Below are positions 1-13,332 of a stretch of DNA of 64,000 nt, piece after piece. This stretch comes from Chrysomallon squamiferum (Eukaryota; Animalia; Mollusca): the NCBI GenBank assembly GCA_012295275.1, contig CM022671.1, positions 24,366,001 through 24,430,000 of the forward strand, read 5' to 3'. The stretch's first letter is position 1. Each line of letters begins with the position of its first letter. A program made the position numbers and the translations under genes. The notes under the pieces are model-generated. The model saw nothing but the letters and a program-made list of their open reading frames with translations, did no database searches and was not told the origin of the DNA.

Positions 1-941
1 GATAAATATTCTTGGATATTTTTTTTTATTTTTTTTTTTTTTTTTTTTTTCTTCTTTTTTTTTTTTTTTTTTCATTTTAGTGTTGTACTGCTTGTAATTA
101 TTATTATTATTGTCATTAATGTCATATTTATTTATTTATTTTATTTTATTTTATTTTATTTTATTTATTTATTTATATTAATATACAATATACTTGTTCG
201 TTTTACGAATCGAAAACGAAGATTTTCCGAATTAGCGTTATAAACATTGAGTAACATCGAAGGAAATGTAATCTGACATTTTATGACATACAAAACATAA
301 TAAACTGCTGCTTGTTCACTAAGTACTGAATATTTTATACTATTGTCCTCTTAGCTGCTCTATGCCAGGTCTTTACTTTTAAATGTGAAGTTTCTTTATA
401 AGCAGAGAGAAAATGAAAGAATATAAGACTAATTAAATGTCGGATTTTCTTTTTGCTCTTTGTTATTATTCTAAAAATATTTTTAGTTATTATTACTTCA
501 CTGGGTTTTTTTCTTCTTGTTCTTTTCTTTTGTGTTTATGTTGTTGTTGTTTTTTTTTTTTTTTTTTATTAAATGAGTTGAGATTAAAAAATAACAATAA
601 TAATTAAGAAAAAAGAATTTAAAAAGAAGAAGTAGATTTAAGAAAATGAGTCTTGGATGGTACTGGAAAATTCAATATTTTTTATCTGCTCTCGAAGGAG
701 CTTTTAGACTAATTATCTCTGTTATTTACTTAATCATTGTTTGCACGGAGTGAGGATTACCTGTAAATAACAGAAGATTGATTTATTTATTTTCAGCTCT
801 GATTGTCAGAGAAGTGCATAAACGCACTCACAGGATTGACAAGCTAGATTCTGCGAAAACAATTTTTGAGAACAGCATTGTGATAATTTACTGTCTTAAA
901 AGCATTCTTCTTAAATATATATCTATCTATCTATCTATCTA

Positions 942-985
<44 letters not shown>

Positions 986-1314
986 AATATATACATATGT
1001 ACATAATACATACATACATGCATACATAAATGCATACACAGATACACATATATATCTATGTATGTATGAATGTACGTTTGTAAGTTATATATGTATATGT
1101 ATGAGTGTCTACGTAAGTATGTATTATGTAGTCACACAAACACACAAACACTCATACATACACGTAAAGAATGTTTACACTTGCAAACATGCTCGCATAC
1201 AAAATAATAATAATAAGAAGAATATGAAAAAAAATTAACAAAATTTTCCCTAATATTTTTCTGTGATAAAGGATGTGCGGAAAAGCTTCATGAAGCACAA
1301 GGGTTTTTAAAAAA

Positions 1315-1350
<36 letters not shown>

Positions 1351-1739
1351 GGTTTGGTTATAATAAAATTCGTGAACATCAAAGAATACATTCTGAGCAC
1401 TCACACACTAAAGGTTTGTTTAAATTGTTTATATTTATATAATTATTTTAAAGCTAAGGACGATAATATGTATTTTAATCTTTTATGCTCTTGCTATATA
1501 TATATTTACAGTTTTTATTTCTTATAGTTGTATGATGATGTATTAAGAAAACTACATATAAATTTAATTATATCTAATGACTGTTTTTAGAGTAAATGAC
1601 TATATCTTATGCCAGTATAGTCATGTGACACTTAGTAAAATAATAATAAGAAGAAGAAGAAGAAAAAAATCCTATTTATTTTACACGAGACATTTTGTTT
1701 TCAATCTTATATGAAAGTTCTTAATATAATGAAAGCTTC

Positions 1740-1967
1740 TAATTACCATGAGGAAATCGTGCATTTGCTTTATCGATTTCCTATATTGTTACCCATTGAT
1801 TAATCATTCGCGAAACGCGATAATCCTACAGACGTAACCAGAAACGAAAGCAAATTTATTATCAGCGAATAAAAACTTCAGTACGTGCGTGGAACGCGAA
1901 AGCTTTCAGTTGTTATTCCATACTAGTCACATTTTCGACTGCGTATGAATCTCGGACGAAGGTAACG
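1740..1967. promoter_or_regulatory. CpG-rich promoter-like patch upstream of ROGDI, possibly bidirectional
   Basis: Local CpG cluster (ttcgcgaaacgcga, tatcgatt); + donor GAAG|gtaacg at 1962; - donor CATG|gtaatt near 1746. Confidence 0.45.
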
Positions 1968-2078
1968 TTTTAATATTTATTTTTTTAACTGCACAAATTT
2001 TTCTCTTTCATAGGAAAACTTATTTAATTATAGGTGTTTATAAAAACAATTTTTTTGCTGATTTTTAAAAACATTTTA

Positions 2079-2125
<47 letters not shown>

Positions 2126-2618
2126 TTTTACATTTCACGTATTTTAATTTATATTTTGGCTCGATTTATTGATTAAGACATTCATGTTTGTCTTTTTATA
2201 ATGAGGTGCTGCTGTTAAGCATTCTTTCATTAGCTCCAATTTATTATTTAATTTTTCTCCTTTCTTTCATTTTATTTATTTTCGAATATATTCACTCCGT
2301 TATAGATTCGGATGTTTTTAAATTTTTATTTAAATATTTATTAATGATTTATTTATTTCGAATTTTTATAAAATTAATTTTGGATTCTAGTAAATATAAA
2401 AAAAATTATTATAAGAACTTTTAATGTATTGAAGTGCCCGTTATATGTTGTCTTGTAAATAACCAATATCCGGTTGTTCAGTTAAAAACAAAAAAAAAAA
2501 AAAAAAAACTCTATGTACAAATAATTATGGATTTGTTAATTATGCTGAGGATTTGCATGTATTAATTTTCAGTAAAAAGTAAATAAATGATCTACTTTTC
2601 AAAACGTTCAACACACGG

Positions 2619-2631
2619 TGAACTTTGACCT
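2619..2631. promoter_or_regulatory. Nuclear-receptor DR1-type element TGAACTTTGACCT
   Basis: Reverse complement AGGTCA-A-AGTTCA, about 40 bp before the ROGDI ATG. Confidence 0.4.
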
Positions 2632-2671
2632 TCATTTAGCCCATCAGAGAGAGAAAAAAAATAATACTAAC

Positions 2672-2704
2672 ATGGCGGATGTGGACGACGAAGTTGATTG
2701 TCTT
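2672..2704 (+). CDS. ROGDI: ROGDI coding exon 1 ([11 protein letters not shown])
   Basis: aacATGG start context; donor gtgagt at 2705; phase 0. Confidence 0.85.
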
Positions 2705-5700
2705 GTGAGTTTATTATTGTATTCATTATTTTGAGTATATATATTGTAATTTAGACATAGTCAGTGCCATCAGAATAATAATTTTAAGTGATATTATTAA
2801 CATCATTTTGTTATACAGACATGACTCTCAAGATTTATTTAAAAATCCAGATCATTATTTCTTAAAACATGTTTGTGTTTAGACACCGAAAACAAAACAA
2901 GGGTTGCGTCCCTTAAAGAGCACATATGAGCAGTATCAGTGCGCGTGTATCTCAGTCTGAATCTGTGAAGCGAAAAATATTTTGCAAACTTAATTCTAAT
3001 AAAGTGTGTATTTATATGTGTCTCCGCACACACACACTCAGACATATTTTTTATAAATTTGGTAAAATATGTTGCTTCACATGCTCAGACTTCAAATATA
3101 CACATGCACAGATACTTTATATTAATTTATTATATACTGTTGGCAGTATAACAATAAAAATAAAAATATGCATAATAAGTAAATATATGTTTTACTACTA
3201 TTACTATGAATAATAATGCATACATTTTACAGCAGGTGTTATTTATGATATATTTTTAATTACAATTTACATATATATTTATAATATTTTTTGTTAAATG
3301 ATGCATGTTTCATAAAATTAATAAATTCATAAAGATATTTTAAAAATAAAACCACAGTGTACTGAAGTATAGGTTTTCTCAAATGATACAGAAAAATTAT
3401 AACTGTAATGTAGTGTTTCTATTGTATTTATTTAAATATAGTTTCCATTTAGTGTTTATAACATCAAATCTATGATAGTGATTCTTAATAGTATTCGTGT
3501 AATATAAGTTATAATATTCATACAGAGCTTTTAAAAATTAATTAGTTTTCATAAAGGTTTTTCCCAATATTTTTTTAATTATGTTTTATCCTTTGAATGG
3601 CTTTTGTACATTGTTTCAAAGAAACCATTTTCTTAAAAAGCAAAATGATTGATATAGCACTTACTATACATGTACTAGATGACAGTGGAAATGATTTCAA
3701 AACATCTTATTCCACTGCACAAATTTCCCTCCCAACACAGAAAAAAAAAAAAAAAAAAAAAATTACATTTTTGTCAATTATTGATAAAACATCAGACATA
3801 AAGCAACACCTGCCAACTATAGACTAAAGAAAATCAGATAATAAATAATAAACTTTAATTGTAACATTGAAAAAATTAAAATAATAATAAATAAAAGAAT
3901 TTTGAAAGTAGGTAAACTAAACAAATCATTATTAAAATGTAACAAAATATCCTTTAAAAGAAAATATAAAGATACTGGTTGAGGTAAACTGTAAGCATTT
4001 TATTAAAATTTATATTAGCTTTCTATTGGTGTTGGAAGTTTATACTGACTCAGACTTTGTGATTCTGGTTTTTACAAATGCAACTTTTTAAAACTAAAAC
4101 ATGTAACATTCATTACATTCATTACAGCGAAAAGAATTACAGTGGATGTTGAACAAAGAAGTTCAAAAAGTTCTTCAAGATGTTCAGTGTACATTACAAG
4201 TAAGTAAAGCCTGGCTTCATAGAATTCCAATGACTTTTAATTTTCCCATTGCTGTTTTATTATTCATAACTTTTATTTAAATGTTTCTTACGAATAAAAT
4301 TAGTTTTCACTTATTTTCCGCTATTGTTTTAGTATATTGGGAATTACAATAACAATGTTAATGTTATGGTATATTTTAAAAAGAGTAAAACTTAACTTGG
4401 AACCTGAATATTCCTTCACCATTTTTACTTCTTTGTTTCTTTACAATATATTGTTAATTAAATAATATTGTATGATTGATTGGAAAGAAAGCTACAGGGG
4501 TTCATAAGTGTTTTATCAATTCTTTATACGAGATCACATTCTTGAGAATTATCTTTTCAGGGAGTGATAACTATTTATCTTCATCATGTGCCTATTACAC
4601 TCTCAGTCAAATTATTTTGTGGTTACTGTTTCTTTTTAATCATTAGCTGAATTCTTAAAATTTAAATTATTATTATTATTATAACTATTATTGTCATCAT
4701 CATCATTATTTTATTGTTGTTATTATTATTATTTCACAGGAATGCAGTAAGAGATTTCCTGTTAGAACAAGTAAGCACTGATTTCTTCTTCAAATATTAC
4801 CATATTCTAATTACATAATACAGACACCTTTCGATATTGTTAGTAAAATTTCCTGTAGTAATTAGTAATAGTATACACTGCCAAAAGTTTATGTAACTTG
4901 TAAATGATCAATAGTCAGTCTAATCTTTAAAGCATGTCTTTGAAATTGTCAAAAGAAAAGAGAAAAAAATATACTAGATGTTTCTTCCATTTGTGTTATT
5001 TGAATATTTGAAAAGAAATAATAATAATAATTATTACTATTATTATTATTATTATTAATTTAAAAACTGAACATAATCTATATCACTATTTGAAAGAGAA
5101 TGACAGACCTACTGCACTATTGATAGTGAGAAATAATTGGACATTTTTTTAACATAATGAAAAACATTAAAAAGTGTTTTCATATCATTTCATGTAAGGT
5201 GTTCATGAGTTCAGAGAGTTCACTTAGTAAAATATTTTTATACCATTGTTCATATTGCCCTGTTATATAATATTATAAACTTTAACTTTTTATTTTAACC
5301 TAAAGGGTTTGTTTTAGCATTATTATATTTCATGGGTATGTTTCTGTAGGTGATGTCACCCAGCCTAACCAAGTAAAATCACAAAGAATCCTTTTGTCAA
5401 GCCCGAAGTTAGTGAATTTTTTAATTTTTTAATTATTATTATTAAATAAATGAAACTGGCTTACATTTAACATTGTCTGGCCGTAAATTGGCATCAGAAA
5501 CCTGAGACCCATCAGTTAGCAAATTTTAAGGAGAATTATTTTCAAAAAGAGGTGTTTGTTTAATTCTATTTTATTTATTTATTTATTTATTTTGATAGCG
5601 ATATCAAATAATGATGCCTCTTTGAAATATAATTATTAAATATTTACATTTTTAAACAGAAAGACATTTATCTTTATATGTATTAATTTTTTTAATATAT

Positions 5701-6446
5701 ATTATTTAATTATTATTATTTTTCATTTCTTTCCCAGTGGAACAGGAGATATAAAATGCATGGTCACATTAAAAGGTGACAGTATAACAGAAGCTGTGAG
5801 TTATGTTTTAAAGATTAGAAACATTTATTTTAAGTTAGTCTGATATCTTTAAAAATTGTGAATAATATTTACAAGAAAGAAAAACAAAGAAATAAAGAAT
5901 AGAAAATATATATATATATATTTCGAATAAATTTGGTTGTAAATTTTAATGTTAAAAAATATCTTTGCCAGTGTATTTTTCCTAGTTGCACATTAAATTT
6001 GAAAAACATGTTTCTTACATAATCTTTAGTAACATCTAGTAAATTTTATATTTCATATTCATTTAGGATATCAACTTTAAACATAAACAAGGCAAGGAAC
6101 ATCATGTATTCAAGACAAGTATATCTGAAGCATTTCCTTGGAAGTTACAACAGGTTAGTTTTACTGTAAGAGGTTAATAATGTGCACTTAATTTTTGTAT
6201 TAAATATAGGAAATTATTCGGTTTCTGTAAAGAAGTTTAATAAATTTAGTTTCTATTAAAACAGGAAAAGAGTATTAAATTCAGATTTTAATGATTTAAA
6301 CAGTGATTAAAATCTTTAAGACATTTTTTTTCTTATTATTATTTATTTTTTAACCAATTCTGGAATTCATGTATTAAACAATGACATATAGATTTGTTTT
6401 TACCATCTGTTTTTTTTTAAATCTAATTGAAGCCCTCCTCTCAAAA

Positions 6447-6481
<35 letters not shown>

Positions 6482-9103
6482 AAAGACTGGTATGTTTATA
6501 TATTAAGCTATTATATAATAATGTTAACATATAATTATATTAACATTGTTTAAATTATGAAGTCTTCAGTTTCATGATTCAAACATGATTGGATGGACTC
6601 AAAATTAATATTTACTTTTATTTTTATAGGTTCAAGATGCTGGAAATCATCTATGCAAAGCTCTGTCTATCTTAAGCAACCAGGATTCAAATTATCGCTT
6701 CAATAGTGGTCAGGAGGTTTTAATGGTGTGTCTTTAGTTTAATTAATTCATATTGCATGTTAGTACGTTTTACTAACCTATATTTCTCTAAAGCAACTTG
6801 AGATGTTGCAGTGAAACTTCATAAACTGGACTCTCACTAAACATGAATACCCCAGTTTCTTTGATCGCAAAATGTGGGTGTACTGAAATTTAAAACCTCA
6901 GGAAATAGATCATACATCTCAAGAAACCAAACTTTTTATTTGGTCCTAACACTGGTCAATTTTGAGAAGTTTCACTGTATTCAGTGGTTCAGAGATAAAA
7001 AAGAAATTGAAATGATTTTTGAAATTTCTCAGAGATACAGTAACAGCGTTTTGTTACTTATACAAAGTAAGGCAAAACCATTTGTGTTCTTTCAAAGCAG
7101 TATAAGAAAGAGTGATTCATGTTAGGTCCAAGATGTGTATAAGAAAACAACAACATTCTTATAACTATAACTAAAATTGAAAGTTGTTTGAAAATTATTT
7201 TTCTGTTACTCTGTTTTCTGATTTTTGTAAGATCAGTTTTTAATGTTTCTACCTTTTCTTGTACTTGTTCAATTAATATTTCTTTGATTCCAGTTGCTAG
7301 ATGATTTGATGAAGTTCCTTCTGAAGTGCCGTACAAGCCTGACCTTACCGAAGAGAAAGACTTTAAGTGACTTGATAAACAATCGAAATATGGTGAGATT
7401 AAATTCTAAACATTCTGAAAACAGTTCCAACATATTAGTTCTTTCTGCAGTATTTGCAGTAAATTTCAGTAAATGCTGACATAACAGGAGAAACCCACTG
7501 CCACATACAGACCTCAAACCATTAAAATTTTAAAAGTTTTAAATCATTCATATTTTCATTATTTTATATGATTTTGTTTCATAATTTTAAGTTTTTATTT
7601 TACTTTAAATGTATATTGTCATTATCTTAAATAATCAGTCATTTTCAAATTAAACATTTTTGTTTGTTTGTTTGTTTATTTATTTATTTATCTATTTACT
7701 TCAGCAATGCTTTCACCCATTAGTGCCAAATGACATTGCTTTGTCGTTCTATGTACATTCATCAAAGCTTATTTTAGCCATGTACCATCTACACCATGGT
7801 GCACACAAAGTTGAGATCACATCCAGGAATCAGGTATGTTCTTTAATTATATTCATTGTTTTGTTGTATGATTCTACACAATACATATGCAGTTACCTAT
7901 TTTTATATAAGCTATACTTGATATAGTGCTACAGTGCTAATATTTCTTATTTTAACCTATTACAATATTAATTTAAAAAATTTTATATTTTATTTATTTG
8001 ATTAATGAAATATCCAGCTTAATTTTGAACTCAAATAAGCTAAATTACATCCATTTTGTTTACTTGAAAAAAACAAAAACATGCAGTAGAAATAATGCCA
8101 TTTGTGTTTTTCATCTTTTTTTTAAAATGTTAAGAGGAAAAACTTAGTGAAATATATATTTTGTAAATGATGTACTGAATTCTGTATTTAAATTAATGTA
8201 ATTATAAACAAATAGCTCCATTTAAACAGAGGATTCCACTTACAACTATTTGCTTACACATATGACTATTTGCTTTACATAATGTCGACACTCTATTATT
8301 TTCAGAAACTAATCAAACTGCATTTTAGAAAAATGCTCAGAATATTCTTTGATGTTCTCACCATGCTGAAAGATGCAGCAATCTTGTGCAGTAAAATAAA
8401 ATATGAGAATTTTTATAGTACAAGTCTAATGTCATTATCATTACAGTATTCAGACAGGTTCATTTTAATCAAAACACCTTAATCAAATACAGTGTTTTGA
8501 AAAATATTTTCTTTCCAGGTGGAAACTGTTGTTCAGTGGTTGAATGAGACAATTGTGTTTTTCACTTTAGCATTACAACAGTGTCAGCAGCTCAAAGATA
8601 AGGTAAATAAACACAATGAATAACTTTAGGAAGCACTTTTACACTTACAATACATTGAGTTAGAACACAATCCTTTGTGTACTGCGACATATTATCAGTT
8701 CAGAACGAATCCTGAGTATCATAATTTTACTGTGGTTCAAATTTTTCTTGTTATATTATGACATCTATTTTTGTATTGAAGAGGTTTACATTTAAAAGTA
8801 ACCTATATTAGTCTTAACAAATATTCTTAAATTTATAGTGTACATGTTGAAGTCATTGTTTAATTAGCATTTCCAGCTGCAAGCCATTCTTTACTACCAA
8901 TAAAATATTACAGTGAAAAGGTTAACCTACACTGAGGGAACCATTTTCTTTCATGATTACACTAAAAAGCTGATACTTCTACTACTGTTGCTATTCATGT
9001 TGCAGTTATGACTACTAATAGTAGTATTAAATAACTACTGCTATTGTTACTATTATTATTATTATTATAATTATTAACATTATTATTACTATTATGATTA
9101 TAC

Positions 9104-9134
<31 letters not shown>

Positions 9135-9327
9135 ATTATTATTACTATTATTATTGTTATTATCATCATTGTCATTATTATTGTTACAATCATTACCATC
9201 ACCATCTTTGTTATTAAAGTTATTACTATTACTACAACTACTGTTGTTATTATTATTAGTTAGTAATGATTTCAGTATTATTATCTTTCAGATATCTATT
9301 TTGTGTGATCATGAAGGGATATCGTAG
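2672..9327 (+). CDS. ROGDI: Protein rogdi homolog (Rabconnectin-3/Rav2-like V-ATPase regulator), 11 coding exons, 260 aa
   Basis: Exons 2672-2704, 4128-4199, 4740-4770, 5350-5407, 5738-5795, 6067-6153, 6630-6725, 7294-7392, 7705-7833, 8519-8602, 9292-9327. All introns are GT-AG, phases are compatible, total 783 nt. The translation has [34 protein letters not shown] and [25 protein letters not shown], matching recalled human ROGDI blocks ([59 protein letters not shown]). Confidence 0.95.
4128..4199 (+). CDS. ROGDI: ROGDI exon 2 ([24 protein letters not shown])
   Basis: ttacag acceptor, gtaagt donor; conserved N-terminal helix. Confidence 0.92.
4740..4770 (+). CDS. ROGDI: ROGDI exon 3 ([10 protein letters not shown]), 31 nt
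   Basis: ttcacag acceptor, gtaagc donor; aligns to human EASLRF; phase 0 to 1. Confidence 0.85.
5350..5407 (+). CDS. ROGDI: ROGDI exon 4 ([19 protein letters not shown])
   Basis: ctgtag acceptor, gttagt donor; phase 1 to 2 bridges exons 3 and 5. Confidence 0.85.
5738..5795 (+). CDS. ROGDI: ROGDI exon 5 ([20 protein letters not shown])
   Basis: ttcccag acceptor, gtgagt donor. Confidence 0.92.
6067..6153 (+). CDS. ROGDI: ROGDI exon 6 ([29 protein letters not shown])
   Basis: atttag acceptor, gttagt donor; WKLQQ motif. Confidence 0.93.
6630..6725 (+). CDS. ROGDI: ROGDI exon 7 ([32 protein letters not shown])
   Basis: ttatag acceptor, gtgtgt donor; QDAxNH motif. Confidence 0.92.
7294..7392 (+). 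CDS. ROGDI: ROGDI exon 8 ([33 protein letters not shown])
   Basis: ttccag acceptor, gtgaga donor; lies in ORF 7294..7479. Confidence 0.92.
7705..7833 (+). CDS. ROGDI: ROGDI exon 9 ([43 protein letters not shown])
   Basis: cttcag acceptor, gtatgt donor; lies in ORF 7660..7926. Confidence 0.92.
8519..8602 (+). CDS. ROGDI: ROGDI exon 10 ([28 protein letters not shown])
   Basis: ttccag acceptor, gtaaat donor; CQQLKDK motif. Confidence 0.94.
9292..9327 (+). CDS. ROGDI: ROGDI last coding exon ([11 protein letters not shown])
   Basis: tttcag acceptor; TAG stop; IS continues the KDKIS motif. Confidence 0.88.
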   Translation: MSILCDHEGIS

Positions 9328-10458
9328 TTAAAGACTGGCTTTGTTCTATGTTGAAATACACATCAACTCGCATGATTAAACATGTTGAAGAGTTTGGTTA
9401 TGAGGAAAACATCTCCTGGGTTTTGTTATGTTCATGATTACAGATATCTGCAGAGAAAAATATTAATGAAAACCTCTGTGATTAAAACATAAATGTAAAT
9501 CAGAAAATGTAGCAATCAGAATACAATTTCAGTAATTTTGTAATACCATGTAAAATATTCAGAATTAATATACTAAATGTAAATAGGTACTGCAATAAAT
9601 AAAAATAATCTAATATGTCTTCTGAAATTGAAAAGTAGCTTTACTTGCATGTCTGAACTTGTATGTCTTGCCTAATGTCAAAATATTCAGTTTGATATGC
9701 ATTTGCTCAACTTCTCTGTCACCATTGTGTAACTAGAATGTACTTAGCAACATTTCAGTGAACCCAGTATTTTCTGATTTACAACTTGTGTGTATATCAA
9801 AAACAGATCCCAAAATATTTTGTTATTTTATCTTGTTTAAACTGATTAATACAACTTACATTTTTATACTTTGAAATACTCTATAGTGATATATGTTTTG
9901 TTATCACAACTGCAGCTGGCTAAAGGATTTCTGGTACAGTATTGGGCTGCGAAAAATACAGCTTCCAAATTTATTGTTGGAAATAATTATGCTGGAGGGC
10001 AGTTGTTTTTACTGACTGAATGATGCAGTGTAAATGTAATTTTTAATAAATTATTAGAATCAGTTTCAAAAGCGTAAGATGTTTTTAATTTGTTAGCATT
10101 CATCAGTGAGAGCAGTGGCTCATATTAAAGCTTTAAAATAAGTAAAAGTTGCAGAAACAAATTCTTGTTTCTGTTGCTCTTGTTAAGTACCGAACCTGTT
10201 TAATTTGAAAAGATTTTAATGTTTCTTATGACTTGTAATTATGACACCAAATACAACCGCCCTCTAAAAATAAAATAATAACAACAAAAATCCTTGCCAA
10301 GAATTTGAAATCCTCTAGTTTGCTGCATATATTTAATAAGCATAATAAAGAGAGATTAGTTTTTACAGTTTTCAGCAGCTTATGTATGAAAAATATTTAG
10401 GACTCTTCTATTTTGTTCATTTGTAAATTTTTATTACTTGATATATATTTTTATAATG

Positions 10459-10490
<32 letters not shown>

Positions 10491-13289
10491 TTATATATTA
10501 TTATTTATATTTTTATTTTTTTTGGTTGTGGTTTTTGTTTGCTGTGTTAATTTAATCAGATTACAAAAGCTTAATATATTCATTACTGATAAATTGTATA
10601 GTACCAACCCAAAGTGTTAGCATCTTCAGTTAGATCACCGGAAAATATATATTTTGTATTAATTATTTTATGAGTGCTTTGATGAGATAAGTTTTATTAG
10701 AGAGTTTTTTCTTAGAGAAGAGATGATTTAAAAAGGTAGCTGAATATATCAGTGGACTGCTATCTACACATAATTAATTAAAAGGCGTCCACCTTGTCTT
10801 CTGTTAGCATGTACATGTGAATCTCATATAGCAATGCATTTATATTCCTCAAAATGTATAAAATGTATTTAAACTCCTTTTCCACATATTGCCACATGTA
10901 CCTTTTAATGAACTTCAGAACTTTATATTCATGAAAAGATAAGCTAAAGCGAAATTAAATAAATATAAATAAACACTACAGTTTATGTACTGAATTCTGT
11001 ATTTTAGCAGAGTGGTAGACCACTGTTAATTATTTTATTTTTATTTCTTTATTTCTTTATTTATAATTATTATTATTATTAGTAGTAGTAATAGTAGTAT
11101 TTTATTTTTATATTTAGTTTTATTTCCAAATTTAGTTTGTTTTATAATTTGATAAAAAAAAAATAATAATTAAAAAAATAATAATAATAAATAAAAAAAT
11201 AATAATAATAAAAAAAAAAAGAAAAAAATTATCTTATTTTTAAACTGGTGCATGATAATTGAGAGTAGTTTTGGAATTTTACAATTATGATTATTTTTAT
11301 TACCAATACTAGTATAATTACTATGACTACATGTTCATATTATTTTCATTTTTTTTAAATATTATAATCAGCATTTTATTACTGAATTGACATCTGGTAG
11401 TATGTTGGATGAAATTTGTTAAAAACTTAGATGATGGTGTGTTGCTCAATATTTTTGTACAAAACTGTTCAGCATAATGACTGCTTAATTATTATTATTG
11501 TAATTATTATAATTATTATTATTCTTATTATTATTTGTATTTGAATTTATTTTATATGGTTTATAATAATTAATACCACTTTGTGTATAGCAGCCTTGCT
11601 CAAAACCCTTGGAGCTTGTATAACAAATGATAATTCATATATATGTATAATGTATCAGTTAAAGGTAACCTTTTGCAAATAGAAATATACTGTAGAATAG
11701 AAAGTATTATATTAATCAGAAGTTATTTCACAATAGCTGTGATATATGAAGATGTTTTTTAAATGATTATATTGGAATGTTAGACAGTATATACAAATAT
11801 ATATAAGATTTTTTTTTAAAGTTCAAGATTCATTATATCATTGCAGATAGGTAGCTGAGATTAAAAATACTATTATGCCTTCTAACCCGACTCTACCCCT
11901 TAATGAGCTTGTTAGTTGTTTACTGAACAACAGTATCTGACTGCTTAAATACCCGTGAATTTCTTCATTAACCTGCTTACGTTTATTTGTAATTTGAAGC
12001 ATAATGCTAATAATTCATTGCATTTTGCATTATATGTTATTGTTTTTTTTATACCAAGGTTTGACGCAGAAATTGATTATCGTATCAAGTGCTCTTACCT
12101 GACTAAATATTTCAGTTAAAATGGTGTTTTGGGGGTTTATTATTATTTTTTTTTAAATGATGCACGTTTTGTAATTTTTTATTTGATTTATGGTTACTGC
12201 GTACGACCCATTACTTTCATTTATCAATAACTTCCAACAAATATTATTAATAACATTCCATGATAAACTGCTCATTCTTGTCATTGCCTCGTTTTACGTT
12301 TTGAAACTTAACATATTTCTTTCAAACGTTTTGTTTTAGCACTTAATTATAAGAAAAACGATTATGTCAAAAATCGTCTGATCATTTACAAGGGGGATAA
12401 CTATTGTATTTCTATTCTAGCTACATCTAGTTGCCTCCCTTAGCTTTGCTACTTTGATTTCGTGGTCAGTTTCTGTTTTGACCCGTTATTATTGGTCACA
12501 GAAAGTAAATACGAACTCTTTATTTTTTATTTTAAATTCAGCCATAAAAAAATCAAATATTTATATATCATATGATCAAAAAATAATAATAATAATAACA
12601 TAACTACAGATTGGAGAAATATCTGAAAAATAAAATTATTTTTTTGGCTATACTAATAAATAAAATTACTTTCACACAAAGATACAATCTGAGCCTTAAT
12701 TAATTATACATATTAAAGGAGGCTAAATGGAGTTTGTTTTCATATGAGTTTATGTAATATCTGTAAATATTAAATTTCAGTTTGATTTTTGATTTTCTTT
12801 TGGGGGGAGGAGGATAGGTAGCGTTGTGCACTGAATGACTTCTCGAGTATTCACATGTATGTCTCATTTAAGAAATGTTTTAATATCTTACATTTCTTTA
12901 ACAGATTAATTATCTCCAACTGTTTTCAAAGTGAAATTTGTCTATCTACTTAAAACTGCGAAAGTAAAAAAAAAAGCACATCCTTATTAATACGACCTGT
13001 GATTAATAATCATCTTCAAAACTTTCATTTAAAAAATCTCTCACTGTCGCGAAATTAATTTCACTTTTCTGTTTATACTGAACATAAAAGAAAAAACGTA
13101 TTAATGAATATTTATATCATATTTTGTTCTAAAAACAAACTGTATCTATATGCGCACTTTTGCAATATCAAAACGCATATTTTGAGAGACTAAAATCAGA
13201 ACATTCCATATTTAAACTTACAATACTGACACCAAAATGTTTTTTTCATTCTTTTTCTTCTTATTATTATTATTGTTATTGTTGTTTTA

Positions 13290-13332
<43 letters not shown>

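Noticed and set aside
9328-11000. ROGDI polyadenylation site
   Set aside because: Several AATAAA hexamers (e.g. 9594, 10045, 10344, about 10960-10970) in AT-rich DNA; cannot choose one from sequence alone.
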